From: Candidatus Binatia bacterium
Lineage (GTDB): Bacteria; Desulfobacterota; Binatia; UBA12015
Length of the DNA: 64,000 nucleotides
Direction: 5' to 3'
Assembly: GCA_029243485.1 (NCBI GenBank)
Contig: JAQWRY010000088.1
Span: 27,221-91,220 of the forward strand
Each line of letters begins with the position of its first letter. Within the stretch, counting starts at the first letter, position 1. A program made the translations under genes and the position numbers. Under the pieces are notes generated by a model. The model saw only the letters and a list, made by a program, of their open reading frames with translations. It did not search any database and had not been told where the DNA came from. Positions 1-9,942 of this stretch are shown here, piece by piece.

Positions 1-659
1 TTCAGATCACGGCGGAAGAGCAGGCCCGCCTCGATGCGGCCGATGCGTTCGCCGAGGAGAACGGGCTCAAGTCGCTCATTCTCGGCGTCGATCACATGGC
101 GTCGCGGATTCTGGCTGGCGAGCGCGAGGACGCGATTCTCGAGTTCCTGACGATGTCTCCCTACTACCTCTGGGGCGCCTACAACATCGCCGAACAGAAC
201 TCGTCCACCAACGTGAGCCGCAATCCGAACGTGGAAGACGACAAGGACTCGCCCGCCAAGGTGTTTACGGCGAACAACACGCCGTCCTTCGTGAACTCCT
301 TCGAGAATCTCCCGATGCCGACGGAGGATTTCGTCCGAAACTTCGGCCGCCGCATGCATCACATCGCGCAGGAGGTGAAGGACGGCGATCATGCGAGCGG
401 CGTGAAGAACCTCGACTTCGTCGTCGATACGCTTCGCGACTCCGGGGTTCCCTTCCTGGCGCAGGTCGTCGGGGAGTGCACGGACAAGCCCAACCTGAAA
501 CAGATCTTCTCGAAGCACTCGGCTTACAGCCTGCTGATCACAGAGTACGTCGAGCGTTGTCTGGGCTACGAGGGGTTCTTCACCAAGGACAACGTAGCCG
601 CTCTGACCCAGGCGGCGGGGCAGGACGAGCACTACAAACACGGCAACGTGTTCGACTGA
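1..659 (+). CDS. hypothetical protein, C-terminal fragment (5' end lies outside the window)
   Basis: The open frame runs from position 3 to the stop at 659 with no upstream stop. Composition is protein-like and not Arg-rich. I recognised no family. Confidence 0.45.
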   Translation, partial: QITAEEQARLDAADAFAEENGLKSLILGVDHMASRILAGEREDAILEFLTMSPYYLWGAYNIAEQNSSTNVSRNPNVEDDKDSPAKVFTANNTPSFVNSFENLPMPTEDFVRNFGRRMHHIAQEVKDGDHASGVKNLDFVVDTLRDSGVPFLAQVVGECTDKPNLKQIFSKHSAYSLLITEYVERCLGYEGFFTKDNVAALTQAAGQDEHYKHGNVFD

Positions 660-672
660 TCACGAAGGGGCA

Positions 673-2343
673 ATGATGAAGACCTCCGGACAGAGCCTGC
701 GCGGACGCGAGCTCATCGATGAGCCGCTGTGGAACAAGGGGACGGCGTTCTCGGAGGGCGAGCGCGCTGCACTCGGCCTTTACGGGCTCCTCCCCCCGCA
801 CGTCGAAACGCTCGAGGAGCAAGCCTCTCGGGCGTACGAGGCGTTCGGCGGATTCGAGACCGAGATCGAACGGCACGTGTACTTGCGTTCGGTTCAGGAT
901 ACGAACGAGGTCCTCTTCTATCGACTCGTCATCGACCATCTCGCGGAGATGATGCCCATCATTTACACGCCCGTCGTCGGCGCGGCCTGCCAGCAGTTCA
1001 GTGAGATCTACAGGCGTCCTCGGGGGCTCTTCGTCCCGTATCCGCATCGGGATCGAATCGAAGAGATGCTGCGCAACTACGTTGCGGAGGATGTCGAAGC
1101 GATCGTGGTGACCGATGGCGAGCGGATCCTCGGTCTGGGCGATCAGGGCGCCGGCGGTATGGGGATCCCGATCGGGAAGCTTTCGCTCTACGTCGCATGC
1201 GGCGGGATCCATCCGAAGAACACCCTGCCGATCCTCCTCGATGTCGGAACGAACAACGAGGAACGGCTGAAAGATCCGCACTACATCGGTTGGCGACACG
1301 AGCGTGTCGCCGGCGACGAGTACATCGCCTTCGTCGATGCGTTCGTGGACGCTGTGAAAAAGGTCTGGCCGCATGTCCTCCTCCAATTCGAGGACTTCGC
1401 GTTCCAGCACGCCACGCCGCTGCTTGGTCGCTACCGTGACCAGCTCTGCATGTTCAACGACGACGTTCAGGGGACGGCCGCCGTGGCTCTCGGGACGTTG
1501 TTCTCGGCGGTGAACGCCGCCGGCAGCAACTTGTGCGACCAGACGGTTGCGATCCTCGGTGGCGGTTCGGCCGGTTGTGGCATCGCCGAGCAGATCGTGG
1601 CAGCGATGGGGGAGGAGGGCCTGTCCGACCGGGAGGCGCGCGACCGGATCTACATGGTCGACCGTCCCGGATTGCTCCACGACGGTATGACCGGACTTCC
1701 GTCCTTCCAAGAAGCGCTCGCGCAACCGCAGGCGCGGCTCGAGAGCTGGACGCGCAACGGGCCCGATGGTGGCATTTCGATGCTGGACGTCGCGCAGCAG
1801 GGGAAGCCAACGATTCTGATCGGCGTGTCCGGGCAACCCGGGCTCTTTACCGAAGAGATTCTCCGGGCGATGGCGGCCCATTCCGACCGGCCAATCGTGT
1901 TCCCGCTCTCCAACCCGACCTCCCGTATGGAGGCCGCGCCCGCCGACGTGATCAAGTGGACCGAGGGTCGCGCGCTCGTGGCGACCGGGAGTCCGATCGA
2001 CCCCGTTTCGTACGACGGACGCACCTTCCCGATCGCGCAGTGCAACAACACGTATATCTTCCCGGCGGTTGGACTCGGCGTGATCGCGTCGGGTGCGAAG
2101 CGTGTGACCGATGAAATGATGCGTGCCGCGGCACGCGCCCTGGGGGCGGCCGCGCCCGCCAGCAAGGATCCGACGGCGGCGCTACTGCCGCCGCTGGCCG
2201 AAATCCGGAGGGTCACGCGCGACCTCGCCGAAGCGGTAGGAGCCGAGGCGCAGCGGCAGGGGCATGCAGAGAAGACGTCGCCCGAGGAGTTGCGTCGTCG
2301 GATCGATGAACGGTTCTGGGAGCCCGCGTATTCCGGCGGGTGA
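673..2343 (+). CDS. maeA: NAD(P)-dependent malic enzyme
   Basis: 556 aa. Motifs include LWNKGTAF, the glycine-rich [20 protein letters not shown] and [20 protein letters not shown] precedes the ATG. Confidence 0.9.
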   Translation: MMKTSGQSLRGRELIDEPLWNKGTAFSEGERAALGLYGLLPPHVETLEEQASRAYEAFGGFETEIERHVYLRSVQDTNEVLFYRLVIDHLAEMMPIIYTPVVGAACQQFSEIYRRPRGLFVPYPHRDRIEEMLRNYVAEDVEAIVVTDGERILGLGDQGAGGMGIPIGKLSLYVACGGIHPKNTLPILLDVGTNNEERLKDPHYIGWRHERVAGDEYIAFVDAFVDAVKKVWPHVLLQFEDFAFQHATPLLGRYRDQLCMFNDDVQGTAAVALGTLFSAVNAAGSNLCDQTVAILGGGSAGCGIAEQIVAAMGEEGLSDREARDRIYMVDRPGLLHDGMTGLPSFQEALAQPQARLESWTRNGPDGGISMLDVAQQGKPTILIGVSGQPGLFTEEILRAMAAHSDRPIVFPLSNPTSRMEAAPADVIKWTEGRALVATGSPIDPVSYDGRTFPIAQCNNTYIFPAVGLGVIASGAKRVTDEMMRAAARALGAAAPASKDPTAALLPPLAEIRRVTRDLAEAVGAEAQRQGHAEKTSPEELRRRIDERFWEPAYSGG

Positions 2344-2386
2344 AACACGGGCGCCGGGTGGGAGTACTGGACCCGCGACGCTCGCC

Positions 2387-3346
2387 CTACGAGCCGAGGT
2401 GGTCCAAGAGCAGAGCCGAAACCTGGGGACCTGCGACTTCGGGCACCCAGTGATTCGCGCCTTCGATGACCTCGAACCGGTACGCTGCGTCGATGTAGTC
2501 GCCGGTGGCTTCCGCGCCCTCACGGCAAAGAGCGAAGTCCTCGTCGCTCCAGATGAACATCGTCGGGACTCGGATGGAGCCCGACAGGTTCGGGGTGAGG
2601 CTGGTCGATCGGCCGGTGAGGTTCGCCCGATACCAGTTGAGGCCGGCGCGCATCGCCTCACGGTTGCCGATGAGCTGCACGTGGACCTCGACGTCCTCAG
2701 CGGGCACGCCCTCGAAGATGGACCGTAAGATCGTATTGTCGTTGCCGACCAACACCTCCTCGAAACCGGGCTGGACGAACGTGTCGAAGTAGCTCGATGC
2801 TTCGTACTGACACGAGGTCGGGTCGGAGAGCTCCGACTGGAAGGCGTCGGGGTGAGGAACGGAGATCGGGTTCAGCGTGAGCAGGCGATCCGGGGCGGCG
2901 AGACCCACCGCCCAGGCGACGCTCGCGCCCCAGTCGTGCCCGACGAGGTGGAATCGATCGAAACCGAGCGCGTCTGCGATGTTCAGGACGTCGGCGAGGA
3001 GATTGGAGATCGCGTAGGCCTCGACCGCCGACGGTCGGGCGCCCGGTGAGTACCCACGCTGGTTCGGTGCTACGGCTCGGTAGCCGGCTTCGCCGAGCGC
3101 GCGGAGCTGGTCCTTCCACTCCCACGACGAGGACGGGAACCCATGGAGCAGTATGACGGGCACGCCGTTTTCGGGACCCGCCGCCCGTGCGTCGAATACG
3201 AATCCGCTCGCCTCGATCTGGATATCGTGGATTTCTCCGCTGCCGACGGGCGCTGCGGGGCTTGTACCGGAGCCGGTCGTGGCGTTGTCTCCACAAGCGG
3301 CGAAGAGGAGCAGCGCGGGAAGGGCGAGGCGGAGAAGTGTCGGCAT
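2387..3346 (-). CDS. alpha/beta-hydrolase fold lipoprotein (epoxide-hydrolase-like)
   Basis: Signal peptide with lipobox LLLFAAC-GD. Has the HGFPSSSWEW (HGxP) motif and the nucleophile elbow GHDWGA. Confidence 0.75.
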   Translation of the reverse strand: MPTLLRLALPALLLFAACGDNATTGSGTSPAAPVGSGEIHDIQIEASGFVFDARAAGPENGVPVILLHGFPSSSWEWKDQLRALGEAGYRAVAPNQRGYSPGARPSAVEAYAISNLLADVLNIADALGFDRFHLVGHDWGASVAWAVGLAAPDRLLTLNPISVPHPDAFQSELSDPTSCQYEASSYFDTFVQPGFEEVLVGNDNTILRSIFEGVPAEDVEVHVQLIGNREAMRAGLNWYRANLTGRSTSLTPNLSGSIRVPTMFIWSDEDFALCREGAEATGDYIDAAYRFEVIEGANHWVPEVAGPQVSALLLDHLGS

Positions 3347-3472
3347 GGCTTTTCGCTACCGAAGTAAATCGCCGGATGCACCTCCTTGTTCCAACGTGGA
3401 ATCCGGTCGACCCTCCCTTTGGTAGATGGACTGTTATACGCCGAGGCGAACCGCAGCCGGTGGGAGTGGAAA

Positions 3473-4714
3473 ATGAGTGATCTCGAAGCGCTTCGCGCAC
3501 AGTACGAAGAGAAGAAGAGTCTCGGCCTCGCGCTGAACATTCAGCGGGGCCAGCCGTCGGATGAGGATTTCGACCTGTCGTCTGGAATTCTGACGTGCGT
3601 TGGCGTGGACGACATGACGTCGCCGAGCGGCGTGGCGTTGCGGAACTACCCGGGCGGGGTTGCTGGATTGAAGGAGGCGCGCGAGCTGTTCGGCGCGATC
3701 TTTGGTGCGACGGCCGAGGACACCATCGTCGGCAACAATTCGAGCCTCGCGATGTTCTCGAACACGCTGAAGTGGGCGCTCGTTCGGGGCCTCGCGGGAA
3801 GCCCCCGTCCGTGGGCCGACGGCACTCGGAAGGTGATCGTGACCGTGCCGGGGTACGACCGGCACTTCACGCTTCTCGACGCGCTCGGCTTCGAGATGGT
3901 GCCCGTACCGATGACAGCGGAGGGGCCGGACCTCGACGCGGTCGAGAAGCTCGCCGCGAGCGACGCCGCGATCCGCGGCGTCGTCTTCGTGCCGACCTAC
4001 AGCAACCCCACTGGCGAGACGATCTCGGATGCGAACGTCGATCGGCTTGCGAGTATGAAGACGGCCGCGCCCGACTTCACAATTTTCGCAGACGACGCCT
4101 ACGCGGTGCACCACCTCACGGAGACGCCGGCTCGACCGAAGTCGCTGCTCGCAGCGTGTCGTGAGGCCGGGAATCCGAATCGCGCGTACGTCTACGGTTC
4201 GACCTCGAAGGTCACGTTCTCGGGGGCGGGCGTCGGTTTTGTGTCGACGAGTACCGATAACGTATCGCTGATCTCCAAGTATCTTTCGTCGGAGTTCATC
4301 GGCCCCAACAAGATCGAACAGTATCGACACGTGAAGTTCCTGAGCAGCTATCCGGGTGGCATCGAGGGGTTGATGCGGGAGCACGCCAAGATTCTGCGTC
4401 CGAAGTTCGAGGCCGTGCAGCGGGTGCTGGCGCGGGAGCTCGGGGACACCGGTCTCGCGACGTGGACCGACCCCAAGGGGGGCTACTTCGTCAGCCTCGA
4501 CACGGCAAAGCCCGTCGTCGAGCGGATCGTGGAACTCGCGAACGAGGCGGGGGTGTCTCTCACGCCGGCCGGCGCGAGCTACCCGTTTGGGAAAGACCCC
4601 ACGGGTTCAAATCTCCGCATCGCGCCGAGCCGCCCGCCCCTCGAGGAGGTCGAGAAGGCGATGGAGGTCGTCGCTCTGTGCGTCAAGCTTGCCTCGGCGG
4701 AGCACTCGGAGTAG
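3473..4714 (+). CDS. PLP-dependent aminotransferase (class I/II fold)
   Basis: Has the STSK lysine region and the conserved NPTG motif. ATG at 3473 follows a GGAGTGGAAA RBS. The ORF-track start at 3386 adds a non-conserved 29-aa leader. Confidence 0.75.
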   Translation: MSDLEALRAQYEEKKSLGLALNIQRGQPSDEDFDLSSGILTCVGVDDMTSPSGVALRNYPGGVAGLKEARELFGAIFGATAEDTIVGNNSSLAMFSNTLKWALVRGLAGSPRPWADGTRKVIVTVPGYDRHFTLLDALGFEMVPVPMTAEGPDLDAVEKLAASDAAIRGVVFVPTYSNPTGETISDANVDRLASMKTAAPDFTIFADDAYAVHHLTETPARPKSLLAACREAGNPNRAYVYGSTSKVTFSGAGVGFVSTSTDNVSLISKYLSSEFIGPNKIEQYRHVKFLSSYPGGIEGLMREHAKILRPKFEAVQRVLARELGDTGLATWTDPKGGYFVSLDTAKPVVERIVELANEAGVSLTPAGASYPFGKDPTGSNLRIAPSRPPLEEVEKAMEVVALCVKLASAEHSE

Positions 4715-4723
4715 GCCCGATGC

Positions 4724-6169
4724 ATGGCAAGCATCCCGCAGGAGACGCTCGATTTTTCGGATGACAGTCCGCGCGTAGCCGCAGAGTGGGCGGGGCTCTT
4801 CGACACGATCGAGGAAGCCGATGCTCCGGTCACACAGATCGAAGGCACGGTGCCCGCTGGCCTCGTCGGGACGCTCTATCGAAACGGTCCGGGGGTGCAC
4901 GACTACGCCGAGTCGTTCTTCGACGGCGACGGCCTGATTCGCGCGCTGACGTTCCGGGAGGACGGAGGCGTCCACTTCAAGAGCCGGTACGTCCGCACGC
5001 CGAAGTATGAGAAGCAGACGAAGCTCGGCCGCGCGGTCTCGCGTGGCGTCGGTACGAATCTGCCGGGGGGCTGGTTTCGCAACGCATTCCGGACGCCGGC
5101 GCACGAGGCGAACACGAGCGTCCTCTGGCACGAGGGCGAGCTCTTCGCGCTCGAAGAAGGCGGCCATCCGTATCGGATTGGAGCCGACGATCTCTCGACG
5201 ATCGGCATGACCGACTTCGACGGCGCACTTTCGATGCGCAACGCCTTCACTGCGCATCCGCACGTCGATCCGGAGACCGGCGACGCGATCTGCTTCGGGA
5301 CCGTCTTCGGAATGAAAATGGGGCTCCGAGCGTTCCGTCTCGACCGCGGGGGTCGATTCCACGACATCGGGACTGTGCCGAAGCTGCGTGACTCGTTCGT
5401 GCACGATTTCGCCATCACGCCCAACTGGCTCGTGTTTTTCTTCACCCCGACGATCACGAATATTCTTCCGATTCTCTTGGGGACCAGCACGTACTTCGAC
5501 GAGATCGAGTACAAGCCCGAACTCGGCACCGCGATCGCGCTGATGCCGCGCGGCGGCGGCGACATCATCGAACTGGAGACGGATCCCTTCCAGGTCGGGC
5601 ACTTCGTCGGAGCCTTCGAGGAAGGCGGCGAGGTCATCGTCGATCTCTGCCAGCTCGACAACTGGAGCCAGATGGGGGACGCCGCAACCTCGTACCGAAC
5701 GAGCGATTGGGAAGGCTACGGTGGGAGTACGGTGCGCCGACACCGGATCGATCCCAAAACGAAGAACCTGTCGAGCGAGACGATTTGCTCGTTGCCGGCC
5801 GAGTTTCCGCGGATTTGCGCCGACACGGAGACCCGCCGGGGCCGCTACGCGTACTTCGCAGCGAACACCCGCGAGAAAGAGGGCGGCTGGTTCCGCGCCA
5901 CGATGAAGCTCGACCGGGAAACGGGCGCGACCGATCTACACGACTACGGCCGGTACAAGGTCGGACTCGAGCCGCTCTTCGTGCCTCGCCCGGGCGGGAC
6001 CGACGAGGACGACGGGTGGCTGCTGACCTACGTCCACGACGGCAAGAACCGCGCGAGTCAGGTCGCGATCCTCGACGCGCGCAACGTGTCGGACGGCCCG
6101 GTCGCGACGCTGACTCTCCCCGGTAATACCGGGATCACGTTCCACGGCACCTGGCGTCCCGGCGCGTAG
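4724..6169 (+). CDS. carotenoid-cleavage oxygenase family (RPE65/lignostilbene dioxygenase-like)
   Basis: 481 aa. Has GTLYRNGPG...FDGDGL and four conserved His-containing blades. Sits 9 nt downstream of the aminotransferase. Confidence 0.85.
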   Translation: MASIPQETLDFSDDSPRVAAEWAGLFDTIEEADAPVTQIEGTVPAGLVGTLYRNGPGVHDYAESFFDGDGLIRALTFREDGGVHFKSRYVRTPKYEKQTKLGRAVSRGVGTNLPGGWFRNAFRTPAHEANTSVLWHEGELFALEEGGHPYRIGADDLSTIGMTDFDGALSMRNAFTAHPHVDPETGDAICFGTVFGMKMGLRAFRLDRGGRFHDIGTVPKLRDSFVHDFAITPNWLVFFFTPTITNILPILLGTSTYFDEIEYKPELGTAIALMPRGGGDIIELETDPFQVGHFVGAFEEGGEVIVDLCQLDNWSQMGDAATSYRTSDWEGYGGSTVRRHRIDPKTKNLSSETICSLPAEFPRICADTETRRGRYAYFAANTREKEGGWFRATMKLDRETGATDLHDYGRYKVGLEPLFVPRPGGTDEDDGWLLTYVHDGKNRASQVAILDARNVSDGPVATLTLPGNTGITFHGTWRPGA

Positions 6170-6346
6170 ACGTCTGCCGACGGCAGTCGCAACTAGTCCG
6201 CGAGGTATCCCAGGGCGCGAAGGCGGTCTGTGAGGGCCGGGTCGGTGGCGAGTGTCCCCGCGTTTGTCTCCACCGCTAGGCCCGGCAGGGGACCTGCTTC
6301 GACGTGCCGCGGCGCCCCCGTTGCCTCGTTCGACTGACGGCTCGGT

Positions 6347-7225
6347 TCACCCCGCCGAAAACGGTCCTTTCCCCATCTGATCGCGCACGGACACCACCTC
6401 CGGGTTCGTCAGCGATCGGCGCTGCCAGTTGGCGCCGTCGACGACGAGGGTGTGGCCGGAGATAAATCGGCCGTACGGGGAGGCAAGGAAGGTCGCCGCC
6501 CAGCCCAGTTCGCGCGGGCGCCCGACACGGAGCGCCGGTTGGCAGGGGTCCTTGTCGTTCGTGCGGTCGAGGTTGCCGCGGATGTCGGCGGTCATGTCCT
6601 CGTGGGGCATGAGGCCCGGCACGAGGCCGTTCACCTGAATGCCGTACGGCCCCCACTCGACAGCGAGGGTCTCGACCATGTTTTTCACGCCCGCTTTCGC
6701 GGCGGCGGAGTGAGCGAAGCCGGGGCCGCCCGTCCACGCGTAAGACGCACCGACGTTGATGATCGAGCCCGGCGTTTCGGCGTTGAGGTGGCGGCGTCCA
6801 AATTCGCGGGCGCAAAAAAACGTCCCGTTGAGCGTGATGTCCACGACGGTGCGCCAGGCGTTCGGGCTCATGTCTTCTGCGGGGACCGGGAAGTTCGCGG
6901 CGGCGTTGTTCACCAACACGTTCGGTCGGCCGAGCGCGCCTTCGATAGCGTCGAACGCAGTCGCGATCGATTCGGGATCCCGAATGTCGCACGGTGTGAC
7001 GAACACTTCGGCGCCGAGTTCTTGCATCGCCGCTCGGCCTGCGTCGAGATGCTCTTCTTTGCGGCTCGAGATCGCGATCTTCGCTCCGAGGCGCGCGAAT
7101 TCGGATGCGATGGCCTTTCCGAGTCCCGTGCCGCCACCGGTCACGAGGACCGTCTGGCCGTCGAACGTGCCGGGTTGGAGCGCGCTGGCGCCGATTTCGG
7201 GAGCGTCGGGGATTCCGTTGGCCAT
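6347..7225 (-). CDS. SDR oxidoreductase, 2,4-dienoyl-CoA reductase-like
   Basis: TGGGTGLGK Rossmann motif. NNAAANFPVPAEDMSPNAWRTVVDITLNGTFF is typical of DECR-type SDRs. Confidence 0.8.
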   Translation of the reverse strand: MANGIPDAPEIGASALQPGTFDGQTVLVTGGGTGLGKAIASEFARLGAKIAISSRKEEHLDAGRAAMQELGAEVFVTPCDIRDPESIATAFDAIEGALGRPNVLVNNAAANFPVPAEDMSPNAWRTVVDITLNGTFFCAREFGRRHLNAETPGSIINVGASYAWTGGPGFAHSAAAKAGVKNMVETLAVEWGPYGIQVNGLVPGLMPHEDMTADIRGNLDRTNDKDPCQPALRVGRPRELGWAATFLASPYGRFISGHTLVVDGANWQRRSLTNPEVVSVRDQMGKGPFSAG

Positions 7226-7229
7226 CGGA

Positions 7230-8045
7230 TCAGTCCTCCTCTGCGGGGGTGGCTGGCTTTACCCAGACGCCGGGGAATTTAGGGTCGCGTTCTTCGCCGC
7301 GCGCCGCTTTGAGCTCTTCAAAGTCCGGCGCTTTGTTGATGACGGTTTGCATCAGAAGCTCGTCGTTCATCGACGTCCGGATCTCGGGCTCGTGGAGATT
7401 TCGGATCACGCGACGGGCGAGCTTCACCGAGACCGGAGGAATCTTGGCGATCTTGTCGGCCATCTCGCGCACGGTCGTGTCGAGTTCTTCGCGGGGGACG
7501 ATGCGCGAGATGACGCCGTAGCGCAGCGCCTCTTCGGCCAGGAGCGGACGCCCGGTGAGGACCATGTCGCTTACGACGCCGTGTCCGCACATCTGGAAGA
7601 GGCACGCCACGCCGCCGGTATCCGCGATCACGCCGTGCGTGAGTTCGGGAAGCATGAAGCGGGCTCCTTCCGCTGCGATGCGCACGTCGCAGAGCAGGGT
7701 TCGCTGGAAGGACCCACCGATCGTCCAGCCGTGGTTCGCGACCAGGATCGGGATGTCGAGATCGAACACTTGCTGGATGCCGCGGTGGCCGCGAGTCATG
7801 AGCTGGTGGTGGCTCATCTCCATCTGTTGGCGACCGATCTGGGAGACGTCGCGGCCGGAGGAGAACGACTTCCCTTCTGCCCTCCAGATCGCCACCCGGA
7901 CGTCCGGGTTGTTGCGAAGCTCGGCCAGGATCTCGAACAATCGCGCATCCATCGAGTCGTCGAACGCGTTATGCTTGTCCTGGTTGTCGTTGGTGATGAT
8001 GGCGACCGGCCCCTCGTACGAGAGGCGAACCCGATCTTCGCTCAT
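7230..8045 (-). CDS. enoyl-CoA hydratase/isomerase (crotonase fold)
   Basis: 271 aa from MSEDRV. AAGGAG RBS sits immediately upstream. Oxyanion-hole region GKSFSSGRDV...ANHGWTIGGS is present. The longer ORF-track N-terminus is Arg-rich junk. Confidence 0.85.
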   Translation of the reverse strand: MSEDRVRLSYEGPVAIITNDNQDKHNAFDDSMDARLFEILAELRNNPDVRVAIWRAEGKSFSSGRDVSQIGRQQMEMSHHQLMTRGHRGIQQVFDLDIPILVANHGWTIGGSFQRTLLCDVRIAAEGARFMLPELTHGVIADTGGVACLFQMCGHGVVSDMVLTGRPLLAEEALRYGVISRIVPREELDTTVREMADKIAKIPPVSVKLARRVIRNLHEPEIRTSMNDELLMQTVINKAPDFEELKAARGEERDPKFPGVWVKPATPAEED

Positions 8046-8107
8046 GATGGCTCCTTGGTTCGTCCGCGTGGAATTCGCACGGCAGAGATTCGCCGCGCGC
8101 AGACGTT

Positions 8108-9712
8108 TTATCGCAGGGGGCTGGGCCCGTCCACGGCTCGCTTGGCGGCGTCGTCTCGCAGAACTTTCTTTGCGATCTTTCCGCCGGAGGAGCGCGGCAG
8201 TTCCTCGAGCACGACCAGCCGCTCGGGCAGCGATTCCTTGGAGGAGCCGGCTGCTTTGAGGTGGCTGACGAGCCCTTCGAGAGTGAGCTCGGTGGTCGAT
8301 CGCAGCTCGACGTAGACGCATACCCGTTCCCCGAACGTCGGGTCGGGCATCGCGACCGCGGCGGCGACGCGGACGTTGGGGTGGGATTCCACGGCTTCCT
8401 CGACGGAGGGCGCGCTGATATTCTTGCCTCCCCGGATGATGAAGTCGCCGACGCGCCCTTCCACGGTGAGGTAGCCCTCTTCGTCGATGCAGACGATGTC
8501 GCCCACTAGAAACCACCCGTCGTCGCGAATCAGCTCGCGATTCGCTTCCTTGTCGTCGAAGTAGCCCAGGCTCAGCGTCCCACCTTTGCACCCCGGCTGA
8601 CCCCGTCCCTCGTCCGTGATGTCGTTCCCCGCTTCGTCGAAGAGACGGACCTGCATCTCCTCCAGAACGCGCCCCGCGGTCGTGAGGCGTTTTTCCCGCG
8701 AGTCGCGTGTGGTCGTGCCGCAGAGCGCTCCGGTTTCGTTCGAGCCGTAGAACTGCAGCACGCTCGCGCCCGTGCGCTCCTCGAACTCTGCCGCGCGGGC
8801 GTAAGGAACTTTCTCTCCACCGGTGAACAAGGCGCGCAGGTGGCTCAAGTCCCGGCGGTCGGCCTCGGGCGAGTCGAGGAGCATCATGAACTGCGTGCTC
8901 ACGGCGGCGAGGACCGTCACGCGATGTTCCTCGATCGCGGCCAGCGTGTCTTTAGCGGTGAAGCGCGGCATCACGATCGTGGGCGCTCCGAGCAGCGCCG
9001 GGCTGAAGTGGGCGGTCCAGAGTCCGAAGCCGAACGGCGCGGGCACGGCGGAGAGGAACACGTCGTGGGTGGAGAGGTCGCCGGATCGCACCGCGAGGTC
9101 GTGGAAGAAGAACCAACGTGCCTGATGATGCATCACGCACTTGGGCATGCCGGTCGTGCCGGACGTCGAATTGATGAGCCAGAGATCGTCCTCGCCCAGG
9201 CGGCGCTCGTCGATCCGACGCAGCAGCGTTGCGTCGTTCGCGGCCGAATCCGGAAGGACCGCCGCCGCACCGTCGACCGTGACGGTATCTCCCGGCTCGA
9301 GTTCTCCGTCGATCGTGACGTGGTGTCGCAGAGGAGTTCCGGTCGCGCGCAGGGCCGGCGCGAGTCCGTTCATGTCGAATTCCCGGTAGGTGGGGCGGCT
9401 GATCAGCGCGGTCGCCCCCGTGACCCGCAGGAGGTGCTCGACTTCCTTGCGTCCGGCACGTGGCCCAATCCCGACGGCGACGAGTCCGGCCTTCTCGGTC
9501 GCTACGAAGGCGACGTGTACGCCGGGACCGTCGGGCAGCAGCACCGCGACCCGCTCGCCCGGCGCCAGCCCGAGATCGAGGAGCAGACCTGCGAGCGCGT
9601 CGGAACGTCCCGCGTACTCGGCCCAACTCAGACGGTGACTTCCCGCCGCGAATGCGAGCCCCTCGGGTTGCTGGGAGGCATTTTTTTGGATCACCTGTGA
9701 CAGCGTTCGCAT
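8108..9712 (-). CDS. acyl-CoA synthetase (AMP-dependent synthetase/ligase)
   Basis: AMP-binding motif STSGTTGMPKCV and C-terminal GDFIIRGGKNIS...SGGKIAKK. Forms a minus-strand operon with the hydratase and SDR. Start taken at MRTLSQ; a GTG at 9730 is the alternative. Confidence 0.85.
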   Translation of the reverse strand: MRTLSQVIQKNASQQPEGLAFAAGSHRLSWAEYAGRSDALAGLLLDLGLAPGERVAVLLPDGPGVHVAFVATEKAGLVAVGIGPRAGRKEVEHLLRVTGATALISRPTYREFDMNGLAPALRATGTPLRHHVTIDGELEPGDTVTVDGAAAVLPDSAANDATLLRRIDERRLGEDDLWLINSTSGTTGMPKCVMHHQARWFFFHDLAVRSGDLSTHDVFLSAVPAPFGFGLWTAHFSPALLGAPTIVMPRFTAKDTLAAIEEHRVTVLAAVSTQFMMLLDSPEADRRDLSHLRALFTGGEKVPYARAAEFEERTGASVLQFYGSNETGALCGTTTRDSREKRLTTAGRVLEEMQVRLFDEAGNDITDEGRGQPGCKGGTLSLGYFDDKEANRELIRDDGWFLVGDIVCIDEEGYLTVEGRVGDFIIRGGKNISAPSVEEAVESHPNVRVAAAVAMPDPTFGERVCVYVELRSTTELTLEGLVSHLKAAGSSKESLPERLVVLEELPRSSGGKIAKKVLRDDAAKRAVDGPSPLR

Positions 9713-9942
9713 CGGTGGAAGCTCTAACACGGTCGATTGAGAGCCACTTGCTGCAGCATCGGGACGCTCTCGCTACTTCCGGTTCTCACGCGCCCCGCCT
9801 TCGCGAAGCAATGGATGGTCACCTCCCGGCTCCGCCAGCAAGGGGCGTTACGGCATGGGGCGACGGAGGTTGAATTGCGGATCTGAGGGGGCCCTTGCAA
9901 AGGCCGCTTCCCGCGAGCGAAGAAGAGGGTAGGAGGACACCC

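Noticed and set aside
580-1881. Long Arg/Pro-rich ORFs on opposite strands or alternative frames of real genes. Examples are 580-1881(-), 2697-3500(-), 3434-4384(-), 4607-5743(-), 6756-8315(+), 26763-27860(+), 29481-31040(+), 49050-50894(-) and 52658-54862(+).
   Set aside because: They show the typical high-GC frame artefact: Arg/Ala/Gly/Pro-rich, no recognisable domains, and each lies antisense to or overlaps a well-supported gene.
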